A DNA stretch of 60,164 nucleotides from Trichinella spiralis (Eukaryota), in contig NW_003526945.1 in NCBI RefSeq assembly GCF_000181795.1, positions 4,250,667 through 4,310,830 of the forward strand, given 5' to 3'. Below the pieces are notes generated by a model that made no database searches, had not been told where the DNA came from, and saw only the letters and a program-made list of their open reading frames with translations. Each line of letters opens with the position of its first letter. Within the stretch, counting starts at the first letter, position 1. The translations under genes and the position numbers were made by a program. This document shows positions 39,618-52,100 of the stretch, piece after piece.

Positions 39618-42370
39618 ATGGCTTCCCTTGAGGCTGTGGAATTGAAGGCTACAGGACATGATTTGAATTCAGCTGCAAAGAAATCAACGGATGAAATTTA
39701 TCGATCTTTGATAGATCGTATAAAGGAAAATATTTCTAGCGGTAGACGTTTTTTTTCCCTGGAATTTTTTCCACCCCACACAACTGAAGGTCTGATTAAT
39801 TTGTTGAAGAGGTTTGTCAGTGTTCTGCGTTGATCTTTTTTTTGTTATATCGAGTATTGCTTTTGTAATTAATGATTCGTTTGATTGAGATGATTTTCTA
39901 CATTCAACGTTTGAAGTTGTTCTCATTTTAGGGTGGATATTTTTGCGAACAGTCAGCCGCTGTTTGTTGATGTTACTTGGGTTATGAGGAGTGATCCAGC
40001 TAGCGAAAAAGTGACGAGTTCGAGTTCGTTGGCTGATTGCATTCTAAACTTCTGCTTGCTTGACACAATGTTGCATATTACATCAGTGCAGTATAATGAA
40101 AAGACTGTGCTTTTCAATTTGGAGAGAGCTAAGAAAATAGGCATTCGAAATATACTTGCTTTGCGTGGCGATATCAGCGATGACGCCAACGTTACGACAA
40201 CTGATTTTCAATATGCATGTCAATTAGTTCGGTTTATTCGTTCCCATTACGGTGATTATTTTACAATCTGCGTTGCTGGTTCGTATTTACTTTATGTGTA
40301 TTGTTTAATGATCTTTTTGTTTGCTCGAATAATTTTACGTTGTTTTCTTTTCAATTTTATGCTATCCTACTGGACATCCCGATGCACTATCTTATGAAGA
40401 AGATTTGTTGAATTTAAAGGCTAAAGTAGATGCCGGGGCAGATTTCATTATAACTCAGTTATTCTTCGATGAAATGCATTATTTTAAATTTGTTAGCGAT
40501 TGTCGAAAAATTGGTATTGTTGTACCTATAATCCCTGGTATTTTGCCTATACAAGTAAGTTAGTTGTTTGTTTGATGATTTTTTTACTGTATTGTTTATT
40601 GTTGCGTTTAGAGTTATCAAAGCATTATGAAAATTGTCCAGCTGTCGAAAATTGTCATCCCGGATTCGGTGCTAACGACGCTGGAATCGATTAAGGAAAA
40701 TGCAGAAGCAGTGCGCAATTTCGGTATTTCATTTGCCGTTCAACTCTGTCGGAAGTTGTTGAATCGAGAACACCACGTCGTACCCGGACTCCACTTTTAC
40801 ACTTTAAATCAAGAAAAGTCTACAAGGCAAAAAAATTACTTTATTTTAATAAATTATTTATATTGGATATACAAAAAATACTTACGTTAAATACTTATGT
40901 AGAAAAAGTATTGACTGTTTTTGCTGACTGTGTGTGTCTATGTAACTTATAAAGAATATGTTGTATATAAATAATTTTTTATGATTTTGTATTTTTTTTT
41001 ATTTCAGATCAATTTTAGAGCAGATTGGTTTTTGGAAGAAAGCTCCTGTTCGTATGTTTCCCTGGAAAAAGCATACAGTACATTCAGTACGCTGTCGAGA
41101 AGCTGTTCGTCCAATATATTGGACTGCAAGACCAAAATCATACCTGTGTCGCACTCGTGATTGGAAGCAGTTCCCACACAGCAGATGGGGCGATGTGGGA
41201 AATCCAGCATTTGGAAATTTGAAGCATTATTTGTTTAGCTGTATAGATCAAATGGACGATTCTTGTGCTCTCGACATGTGGGATAAGGAATTGAGCACTT
41301 TGGAGCACGTTCGAGATATATTTTGCAATTTCATTGCTCGAACACCAAATCGGCATGGTCATTCGGTACGACGTTTACCATGGAATGAAAATCATTTAGA
41401 TCCAGCCGCGGATATTCTTAAAAACGAACTGATTTATTACAATTCGAATGGAATTCTGTAAGATTTGCGTAGTTTAGTAATTTGCTTCGTTATACTAGTG
41501 TAAAAATGGTGCATTCTATTCTAGTACTATCAACTGCCAGGCTGCTGTGAACGGCTTGCCTTCAAGTATGTTTACGGAAGCATAAATGGACAGAACTCGT
41601 CCATGTTATTTATTTTAGGCGATCCTATTTTTGGTTGGGGAGAAGCGAACGGTTATATTTACCAAAAGGTGGACGCACGTTGTATTTTGATCAGTCTCGT
41701 TTATTGTATAGATATAGATATGTAAAATTATTTAGGGATATTTGGAATTTTTCGCTTCTTCCACGTGCACAACAATACTACTGAATCACGTTCAAAATTT
41801 CCCTTCAATAAATTATCATGCAATTAATTTTGATGTAAGTTTTGTCCATTTCTCACAATCCAAAAATAATTCATGCAAATTCATAAATTGAATCCAAATG
41901 AAACTCACCTTATTGAACATTGAATAAAATAATGTATTGATTGGTTGGGTTGGTTCATTTCTTTCTATTTCAGGGTTCATTTGAAACGTTCAACTATGAT
42001 GAAGATGCAACAGTAGCGTTGACATGGGGTGTTTTTGTGGGTCAGGAAATTGTACAACCGACTGTTGCCAATGCGGCAAGTTTCCGCGTGTGGAAGGTTG
42101 TGGCACAGTTGAGCTTCATTCAATTTTCACTTCACACATTTGGAATGTTTTTTTTTTGTTTTTGAACAGGACGAAGCGTTCGACTTGTGGCAACGATGGG
42201 CCGGGTTGTACGAATCAGGATCGATTGGGCGAAAATTGTTGCAGAAGATTCACGACGATTATCGCCTGATAACTTTAATCGACAACGATTATCCACAGCC
42301 GTGCAGTTTGTCCGCCCTTCTTCGTGCTGTAATTTCCGACTACTGGGGGAAAAAACTTGACGACGGATGA
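39618..42370 (+). CDS. MTHFR: Methylenetetrahydrofolate reductase, eukaryotic two-domain type
   Basis: Catalytic domain: [74 protein letters not shown]. Regulatory domain: [55 protein letters not shown]. Confidence 0.96.
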
Positions 42371-42819
42371 TAGATTGGCATGGAAAAAGAAGTTCGAAAT
42401 AAGTTTCTCATGATTCTGTTGAAATTATTTTCATTTTTCTAATCGGTCTGTGATTGGTAATTTTTGTCAATCTAATTGAACGTATAAAAAATAATTGTAA
42501 AAAATGATATTCTATTACCTGAACATCGTTAAGCAGTATACGGTATCTATAAAAACTCCAGTTTTTCTCAAGGCAATGCGTGCGCGAGTGCGTCCGTGCA
42601 CGCGCGTATGTTGAGAATTCAGGTCGGCTGGCACTGCGAGCGTCCAAGCATGGCATAACTGCCGAAAAAGAAGAAGAAGCGATCATTGAATAGCCCAGGT
42701 CAGCGGTGTTAACCTGCTCACGTATTTTGTCGGTATTTTTCTAAATATTACAATCGGTTGATTTGTTTTTTGTTTTTTCATTTGCTATTAAAGTATTCTC
42801 ATTGGTGTTGCCAAATTGA

Positions 42820-43755
42820 ATGAACAATAGTGGCCAGTTGTTTTCTACAGTTCCGTTGTTGTTGTTGTTAGTGGTGGTGAATTTAAGCTTAGGTGAAACA
42901 GCAACGCCATCTGCGATCAAATCGACGGATGTGAGTTCTTGCTTTTTTCCGCATGACACGTTGAGTAAGAGTGAACAATGCGAACACCTGCGCACAAGTT
43001 GGCTTTGTTGCCTGCTGGCGGCCGGTGTAGTTGTGTCGGCCGGCGTGGCACCGGCTCTGTTCTTACCGGAACAAGTGGACAACAGTGTAGGCTGGGCCGG
43101 CCGCCTGAGCTTGAATCGTCTGCTGAGCTTCGCGGTCGGAAGTCTGATTGGTGACGTATTTCTGCACCTACTACCAGACATCTGGCGCTCGACCGACGCC
43201 GAGGGTGTGGCCACTGCCGGCTGGTGGACCGTGATGGGCTTGTTTTTCTGCTTCTCGGTGGAGAAGTGCGCCGTCAAGCCGGACGACCAGCGCTCCAAGC
43301 GCTTGGTGGCTGCCGGCCTGAACCTGCTGGCCAATTTGGTCGACAACTTCTGCCACGGCTTGGCCATCGGCGCCGGCTTCTTGGTCAGCGTGCGCCTGGG
43401 CGTGCTGACCACGTTCGCCATCCTGGTCCACGAAATACCGCACGAGATCGGCGACTTTGCGCTGCTGTTGCGGGCGAATGTGGGCCGGCGCCGGGCGGTC
43501 GGCGCTCAGCTAGCCACGGCCGCGTTCGGCCTGGCCGGCGCGCTGACCGCGCTGGCGTTGAACGGCGGCAGCACGGGCGTTGTTGGCTCCGCGTGGATAC
43601 TGCCCTTCAGCGCGGGCGGCTTTTTGAACGTTGCCCTTGTGCAAGTGTTGCCCGACTTGGTCCGAGTGGACGATACCAAAGAGAGCCTGTGGCATGTGCT
43701 TCTGCTTCTGGTCGGCATATCCGCCATGGCGTCGTTGAACGTGCTTCACTTTTGA
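42820..43755 (+). CDS. ZIP (SLC39, LIV-1 subfamily) zinc transporter, ZIP13-like
   Basis: Continuous 311-aa ORF with a signal-like N-terminus, LLSFAVGSLIGDVFLHLLP, TM4 LNLLANLVDNFCHGLAIG, TM5 HEIPHEIGDFALL and WILPFSAGGFLNVALVQVLPDL. The LAN..DNF.HG motif and absence of His-rich tracts favour ZIP13 over ZIP7. Confidence 0.92.
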   Translation: MNNSGQLFSTVPLLLLLVVVNLSLGETATPSAIKSTDVSSCFFPHDTLSKSEQCEHLRTSWLCCLLAAGVVVSAGVAPALFLPEQVDNSVGWAGRLSLNRLLSFAVGSLIGDVFLHLLPDIWRSTDAEGVATAGWWTVMGLFFCFSVEKCAVKPDDQRSKRLVAAGLNLLANLVDNFCHGLAIGAGFLVSVRLGVLTTFAILVHEIPHEIGDFALLLRANVGRRRAVGAQLATAAFGLAGALTALALNGGSTGVVGSAWILPFSAGGFLNVALVQVLPDLVRVDDTKESLWHVLLLLVGISAMASLNVLHF

Positions 43756-44779
43756 ACTTGACCATCTTCATCGGCAGCGAATGATGAAAATCGAAAAAAA
43801 AATCATCGCTATACTCAGTGGCAATTTTCATTCATTCATTGATTTATTTATTGTTCTGTGAATAAATAAGTTGTCTAGACATTTTTTCACTCGAAAGAAA
43901 CGCTTGCTTGCTATTTAAAATTGGCTTTAAAAAAAGTAGTAAAATTTCCAACGGAAAATAAAAAACGTCATCGCTGCAACGTAAAACAGCTACAAGATTC
44001 ATTCATTCATTCACCAAGAGGAAGAAGAATAAGAAGAACAACGTCGCCTTCGACATTTCCTCATCATACTGTAAATAGAAAACTTGAATGAACTTGATTT
44101 TTTATAAAATGGCACATTTTTGTAAAGACAAAATTCAAATCAAGAGGAAATGTTTGTTTGTTTCTTTTTTGATGCTTGCAATCATGCGATCAAGCAAGCA
44201 GTTGATGGTGAAAGAGAAATGCCATTTTCCGCACTATCTCGCACTCCGCAAGTGCTTGAATTGATAATTATTTTACAGTCTCTGATTTGATCAGACTGAT
44301 CAGTCGACAAATATGTGCTAGATTGGAGAAGACTGATGAGCAAAAAGAAGAAAAATACACAACAACAACGACGATAACGAACTGCGAGCAAACAATCAAG
44401 TAATCAGTGCAAATGTTTGCAAACAGCGCCAGATCAATGAAAATTCTGTGTACAATGCAAGGGGGTAGAAGAATCTGATTACAATGAAAAAATGACATTG
44501 CCTTCGTGATATCGGCAAAAGTTGCAAACACCAAGAGCAGTTTTGCTGGTCGAACGGTCGCTCAGTGAAGTGGAAAAAATAATATTTATTGCACGCAGTG
44601 AAATTTTCATTAATTATTATTTTTATGCATTCCTATTTGCTTGCTGCTCAGTGGGCGCCGTTGTTCACTATTTCAATTTCAAATTCAACCATCTCTTTGG
44701 CTAATTATATTAACTGTCTCCTGTCTTTCTGGCCCGTTACGGTGCAATTTAGTTAGCATCATCATCCATCCATTCGTGA

Positions 44780-47700
44780 ATGGATCAATCATCGAGCTTT
44801 GCATCGAATCAGCCATTCCCATCTGTGATTATTGCCGAATTGTCAGATTTGTCGAAACGAATCAGAGCTGAAAATATTGCTGCCAAAAATTTCAAAGTAA
44901 GAAACAGAACAGTGCTTCGGCTTCAACTAAAATTGAAATCCACAATACAATTTACACACCACCAGTACATGAAGCATAGTTGCTTGTTGTTGTTGTTGTT
45001 GTAGTTCTTGTGCTTGTCAGTTTCGAATTCTTTTCTGGCAATTGGCTGTTCCACTGGACTCGTTTTATTGTTTCATCGTTTTACAAGAAAAATTATCAAA
45101 AATGACGATCCAGCCGAAGTTGAAATTCTGGCAACGGAGGTGAAATTTATATGATTAATTATTATAATATTTTCATTTTCAACTGCCCATTTATTTATTG
45201 GTCGTTTGTACAGGCTTCACCAGTTGTAAAAATTTCACTATCTCCGAACGAATGCCACCTCGCCTATGGAACATCGTGAGCGGTCGACTGTAGTAGATTG
45301 ATAGATTGAAAAAAATTAATTTTTCAGAGACTGCTTTGTCCACTTGTTGAATTTGAAAAATTATACCGCTAACAATACTGCATTGTTCAAAGTGAAATTA
45401 ACCGACTGCAATCAATTGACCTCTTTCTGTTGGAAACACGATTCATCCGAATTGTACGTCGGATGCAAATCAGGGGCTGTGTACATTTTGACGGTGAAGA
45501 ATCGTCTTGCTTTCATCATTCAAACAGCACTGTGGGCAATAATTTTTCTTATTTAGAACAAGATCAATTCGAATGAAGGATTTGTCAAATTTTTCTTGCA
45601 TCTTGACAGTAGTGTAATTCAACTTGATGAATGTGACAATTTGTTATTCATTTCCACTCGTCATCAGAATCTGATTTTCAACACGTCGAAGTAAAAGCAC
45701 CAATATTGAATGTGCAATATTGAATGTTTCGCTTTTGTGCATTTGAAAATTTCAGCTTCAGTTTGACTGAATTCGGCAACTGGCACAAAAGAGCAAACTG
45801 TGGAGCTTGTGCTTGGAAAGCCGATTTCTCCACTTCGTTGAACGTTGTAGCAGCTAGACGCCGTGGAAAATTCTGCTTCTCTTTGAAACATCCCGTCGAT
45901 AATGCGTTGCACTTTTACCAACCGAAATGTGTAATTTTTTGCAAAATTATTCAACCAAAGTAAGTTTCTGACTCGCAATTTTCCCTTTCACAATGACAAC
46001 AAATTAAAATCAACATGAATATATACGCGTGCGTGATGGTTGGTATCTGTCCATTTCCATTGCAGTCAACCTTTCAAAATTTGGTACGATGAAGATTGGC
46101 GTTTCATTACTTTCCAACGTTTGCATATTTTCAAGTACGCATACCGAAAAAAATTTGAACAGAATGGAAAATTATAATTTTTAACATGTTTTCACTTTTA
46201 GAAAGAAATTTTTGATCAGCATACTCAATCGACACATTTGTATTGTTGATTTCAGCTCACTGGCAGATCTAATATTTGCTTACAGTTTGGGCTCAAAGGA
46301 AGTGCTCAGTTATGACATCAGCGGTGATGATATTTTCCTGTTGCAAACAGACGGAACCGTGAGAAAATTTACCATCATCTTATTGAATGATATTTGTAAC
46401 GCTTTGGAAAAACTTTTCTCTTCGAAGTGCTTTTCAGCAGCTGCTAATTTGACCGTTCATTTCATTAAGCAAAATCAAAAGTATCATCACAGATAATTCA
46501 CGTGAAAACAACAAACAATTATTATTTGTTTTCATGTGCTTCACCTTATTTAGGCTACCATGTTCGATGAAGAAATTTAAAGAAATGCTGAACTGTGTGA
46601 AAGAAGATGTCCATGGACTGCAAATAGAATTGTGTAAAAAAATGTTCATGCGTAATTTTGAGAACAAAAAAGCTTCATTTTAAAATTAAAAGAAAGTAAT
46701 AATCAGTACTTATTTACCTTTGAATATTTATTTATTTCCAGTCAAAGAATTGACGTCCTCAACAAATTTGCAAATTCATCCAAATCATGCAAGTATGTTG
46801 TTGCTTATTAATTTGTTAATATATTCTTGGAATCCTTTTCATAAAATAAACGGTTATCTCTAACTGCTGCTGATTACTGTTTAATATTTTATAAAAAAGG
46901 TTTACATTTCGAATTCGAACCTACTGACCACTGCCCCCAATGAGCATTTACAATGATTAATTTTTACATTCACAGGTACAGATGGAAATGAAGATCTGCT
47001 GCAGTATGGTGACTTGTTGATGATTAAAAATAGTCAAGGTTCCCAGTGCTCACAGTGCGGTATTCATGGGTAAGTAAGTGTCGCGAGAAAAGTTAAAAAG
47101 AAGAACAAAATTTATGAAAATGCAAAAAGAAAAACAAAGTAAAACACTCCATTTGAAAATGTCTGATTCGTAATAAATAAATAAATGTTACGCCGCTTTC
47201 TCATTCTCTATTCTATTCTTCACTTAATTTCAAGCTGGTATTTTATCGCAGAAAATTGTGTGCACTTTCGGCACTCCTAGTTGTAGAAGAAAAAGTTGTG
47301 AATTAATTTTTGTTTAAGATCATGGATTTTCATGATGACGTTCGGAATTGCGGCAAAGAGGGTCCGCTTTGCAAATAACTACTTTTTGCGAGGTTTGTTA
47401 TTCAGTTAATGTAAAAAAAAGAAAGATCTCAACTTACTTGATCAACTTTTTCAGGAGGTGTACCCGTTTGTGCGGACGATTGGAAGCTGCTGTTCGACAT
47501 CAGAAAATGCATATCCAACAAAATGCAACCAACACTTTGCGGCCGATGTACCAGTTTGGCGTCCACAGTGAAAGCTTTGTTCGAAAATCCAAATCGCTTG
47601 CCAAATTTAATGGAATTTTATCAGCGTACTAATTATTGGGAAACACAACTAACTTACCATTTAATACTAGCTAGCCGAGGATATTTCAGTTCGATCGCTT

Positions 47701-48826
47701 TTTTTTAAGAAAACAACCAGCACATCGATTGGTGGTCAGAAAGTGGATCGTCTCGTGAAATAGTCGACAAAAGCAGTGGCAGTAAATCAAAGGTGGAACA
47801 ATTCCGTTGGCTCGACGGTTTTCCCATTGAAGCTATCCTTTGGATTTGTGTTAAAACAGTTGGCCTGGAATCGTTGTGCCAACTGGTGGATAGAAATGAC
47901 AAAATAGAACGTCAACTGCCACTCAACTGGTATCCACTGTTATTGTTGGCATCTTTGAACAGCAACGCTTGGTTCCTATCCGACAGAGTAGTAGCACTAG
48001 TAGTAGTTATCAGTCGACATTTACGCAGTTGCTGATGTCTTTTTTGATTTGCATATTTAGATTCTGGCCTTGCTAGCGTCCAGTTTGTTCAACTTGGAGA
48101 TTGCAGTGTGCAAGCAAGTGACTATGAGAACTTTTCCAGTATTTCTGCGCAGTGATTCGTATGTATACCTTTTGCCAAGAAAAAAAATGTTTGCTATACG
48201 TATACACAAATAATTCGATTTACATTTGTCTAACATTCGTATCAAGATCTAAATTGAAATTTCAAAAAAAAAATTAATACAAACCTTTTTGAAATGTGAA
48301 ACAAACAGAAAATTGTAATTCGCTTTGATATGGTAAGTTGTGTCTTTTGAAATATGCTGCAACTTTGTTTCCGTTTCAGTCTTTGTCCAATATGCACTTT
48401 ACCGGCATTGAACAGCGTTTCAGAAACTGGCCAAGAATACGTGATCTTCGCCTGCTGTGGTAAGCTGCTTATTGGAATTTTTGTTTCATAAAACAAATAG
48501 ATGTTATTTTTTGTAATGTGATTTTTCCAAAACATACTTGCGCATAAAATTTTCAATGTAGCGGTGCTTCTTTGCTAAAAAATCAACACAAATATATTTC
48601 ATTACCACATTAGGCAGTGCTTACCATGCGGTATGCTTGAATGGAACGTTTGAAAATGCAATTTCTGAATTTGGATGTCTCGTTTGCCGACGTGAACACA
48701 GCTCTGGAGTTGAATGAAGAAGTTGCGGCGCACGTCAGTTCTGAACTGCAAACGAACGTGCATGGCGTTGCCAAACATTTTTTTTCACAAATTCTGATCA
48801 ACTTATCAAATACTGTTGTTATGTGA
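44780..48826 (+). CDS. HPS5/pink-like BLOC-2 subunit (N-terminal WD40 propeller, C-terminal Cys/His finger), multi-exon
   Basis: IIAELSDL, FLCLSVSNSFLAIGCSTGLVLLFHR, FCWKHDSSELYVGCKSGAVY, LDSSVIQLD..LLFIST and GNWHKRANCGACAW follow the HPS5/TECPR2 N-terminal propeller pattern. Overall size fits HPS5 better than TECPR2. Central exons are approximate. Confidence 0.68.
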
Positions 48827-49030
48827 AAAATAAAATACCCGTAACGGCCGTGCAAATAGCTTCGCTTTAAATCATTTTTCTTTTCTATATTGTTTTTTTT
48901 GTTTTCATTTTCTAACACACACACACACACTTCTGAGCTGTTCGTTGTTATTGAACAAAAACAAAAGATTAATTATATCGTGTAATAAAAAGCTGCTTGA
49001 TTCAAAAATAAAAACTATCAACAGAACAAA

Positions 49031-49032
49031 AC

Positions 49033-49068
<36 letters not shown>
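49031..49068. repeat. (AT)n microsatellite between convergent 3' ends
   Basis: Read directly from the sequence. Confidence 0.9.
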
Positions 49069-49070
<2 letters not shown>

Positions 49071-49153
49071 AAAATATACCGTGGAATGCGACAATGATTA
49101 TCTCGATCTACAATGATCATCAATAAAATCGGCTATTCTCAGAAGAACTGTGA

Positions 49154-52100
49154 TCACATTTTTGAGCATATACAAATTTCATCGGCTGGAATTAGTCTTT
49201 TCTTCAACGACAAACACAACATTCTGGCGGTGGACAACTTGGACTTGAGCTGAAAATCAGCACTTTGTGAAAAAAAGAAAATGCAAATACCAAGAAAAAA
49301 AAATCTACACAAATATTAACATTTAACAGTGCAGAAATTGTAAATTACAAAGTTCACCTGCTTTGCACTGGATAAATCGGGGCACTTGATCAGACATTTT
49401 TTCGACAATTCGCTGGAAGATCGGCGCGAGCTTGAGTAGGCTTTCCTCTCCTTGACGTACAGAACAACTGACGCATCCTGATTTCCCGCTGCAGTGACTT
49501 CTGTCATTATCCGCAGGTTGAAGATGTCGACAATTGCACATCTGAATATGATGTTCACTTTTTCATCTTTACAACGGACCAAATACAGCCGACGCAAACT
49601 GATCAAGCACTGCAACAGTCCACTTTCGTTCTCATCCAAACTCTGCACAGCCAAACATCTGAAACAATAAAAATAAAATAAAATAAAACAAGCAGTAACA
49701 GTATCATCAGTATTATTATTATTATTACTGTATTGTAGTTAATTTCACTAATTGTCATGAAAATGAAAAAATGAAAAAACGAAAAAAAATGAACGGATCA
49801 TACTGCATGTCAGGTTCATCATTGACTTTTTGAATAGATTGTAAAGCTTTCTGCGCCGTTGCTAGTTGCAAATCATATTTCGGCAATGCCATGCTGAGGC
49901 TGTAACCAGCTCTGGGCAGCAGCATGCGTTTGGAAGGGAAATAATATTTCAACGAGGCATCTTTTTGTGTAGCCTCTTTCGCAGCACCGGCTGCACCGGT
50001 GGCTAAGTCCAAAACACCTTGCATTGGTTTAGCAACCGTGCCGACCAGACCTCGCGCAACGCCAGCGAGCAATCCCTACAACATGATATAACGCAATATT
50101 GAATTCGAAGCGAAACAAACACTCGCCGAACACTGACTGCACTAGTACAACAAACACATTTCACACAATCAATGCCAAAGATGACAGTGAAATTATTGTC
50201 ATTATGATTACGATTACTGATCATCGCAGCAAATTTCAGTCCCTCCCCCCCCTTCACCAAATAACAACTCACTTCAACACCGCTAGAAACTGCCCCATCG
50301 ACCGCGTTGCTAACCAAAGACGTCATGCCACCGAATATTCCAATACCGAAACCTTTGATACCCACGATCAAATGATCAGCAGCCGTCTGGGGGTTTTCGC
50401 ATTGGACAATCTGTCGAACAGCTCCGTATTCCATGTCCATGGCAATGATGCCCACACCTTCGGACAGTGCGCTGGTAAATTTTGCGGCCGAATTCGACAA
50501 GCCGTGCCACAAACGTGACGTAAAATGGATCAAATTGCCGTCGCTGACCAGCTCGTGCATGCCACCGCTGAGTTCTCGAAACAGCCCTATTGGGTTTCCA
50601 AGAAAATCCACAGTTCCAAGTATTTTCATCGCTTGATTGCGCAACACTTCTGCAATGAGACGACAAAACAGAATCAACCCACCCCGAATCAATCAATAAT
50701 GTACAGTGAATGAATGCTATTGAACGTACGGAGAAAATGCTTCTGTGCCGCTATGAACAAAAATCGTATAGTCTCGAAGCAGTGGGCCTGTTGGAATGGC
50801 AAAATATTGACGACCGCATTTTCAAAGCACACCAACGGCATGTTCCATTGTCGCTTGACGTCAGAAAGGCGAGCAGGAAGCGACTGGGCCACCAATACCG
50901 ACAAGTGCAACTTTTTCATGCTCAGTGAGAGACGATTGAAATAAAATCGCTTCCGTTCCACCGCATCCTCCGGCATATCTTTCCAAACTGCTCGCCAAGT
51001 GCTCCTGGTCCAGCCCAAAAATTCGAACAATTTCCACAGTAGAATTTCATCCACTTGCAAAACAGTACGACCGACGTGAACATCGGCAATCTGAAATTTT
51101 AATATATTTTATACACACAACACACGCTTTTTTTCAATGCAATTCAAAGTTTGCTCGCGACAAAAAAAAGAATGGACGGTGCTGCAAATAAATAGCACTG
51201 AAAAAGAAAGAAAAGCGAAGATACGACACCTCGAATACTGGATGAATATTGTTTGTCGCCCAAGCAAAATGCATCCCAAATGCCGGAAACACACTGCGGC
51301 AGTCGTTCTCCTTTTTCACCGCCGGTAAACCACTGCCGCCGGCTTTTTTCGAACGGCTTTGTTCTTTTTCATCTTCTTCGGAGAGAACTTTCAAAAATTG
51401 CCACGAATCAGCATTCACTTGATTGTCACACTGTAAAATATGCAAATGTGAACATTTCCAAGATGGTAAAATTTAAGGAGAGGGGGAGAAATATTCCTCT
51501 TTTACTTGAATGGAAGAGATAGCAGCGCTGAGAGTGCTGCTTTCCGTGCGCCTGCCGACCGAAATTGCGACTTCGCTGAGCCTCAAATGGACCAACTCTT
51601 CGTTGTCGACGTTGACGACCGACACGTCGAAAGCGGACGCGAACAACAAGCAAGAGATGCGAAATTTCGGTTCACCACAGTCGCGGCTCAACTCCATCGG
51701 CAGTGGTATTGTGGTGTGACGTTGTGGCAAATCTTGGGCGAAATTTTTCTCCTCGTCACGCACTATCAGCACCCTGGTGGAACCGTGGACCGTGGTCGAC
51801 AAGCGCACAACGCCGGTACCGGCTTTTCGGTGACAGCGACGGAAAAACACCCGATATTCCGATTTGAAATTCGAATCCGAACTGATGTACACTAGAGCAC
51901 CGGCCGACCAATTCGAAACCGAAAAATAGCACCACTTCTTTTTCCAATTCTTCACCCACTTCTGAACAGACAACAAAGTGGAAAATTACTTTTTTTTTCA
52001 AAAACTGACACAGCAGAAAACATAGTATATTTTATGGAAATTTCACGATTCATGTAAAAAACTACGCACAAACCAATGCAAACGCATTCTGTAAAAGTAA

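Noticed and set aside
42741..43831. Several long antisense and alternative-frame ORFs over the ZIP gene
   Set aside because: Expected by-product of high GC3 and stop-codon scarcity; no recognisable domains.
47706..47708. In-frame TAA between two same-frame ORFs of the HPS5-like gene, suggesting readthrough or a pseudogene
   Set aside because: The TAA lies inside a TTTTTTTTAAG acceptor, and a phase-compatible 84-nt GT-AG intron (47626-47709) removes it.
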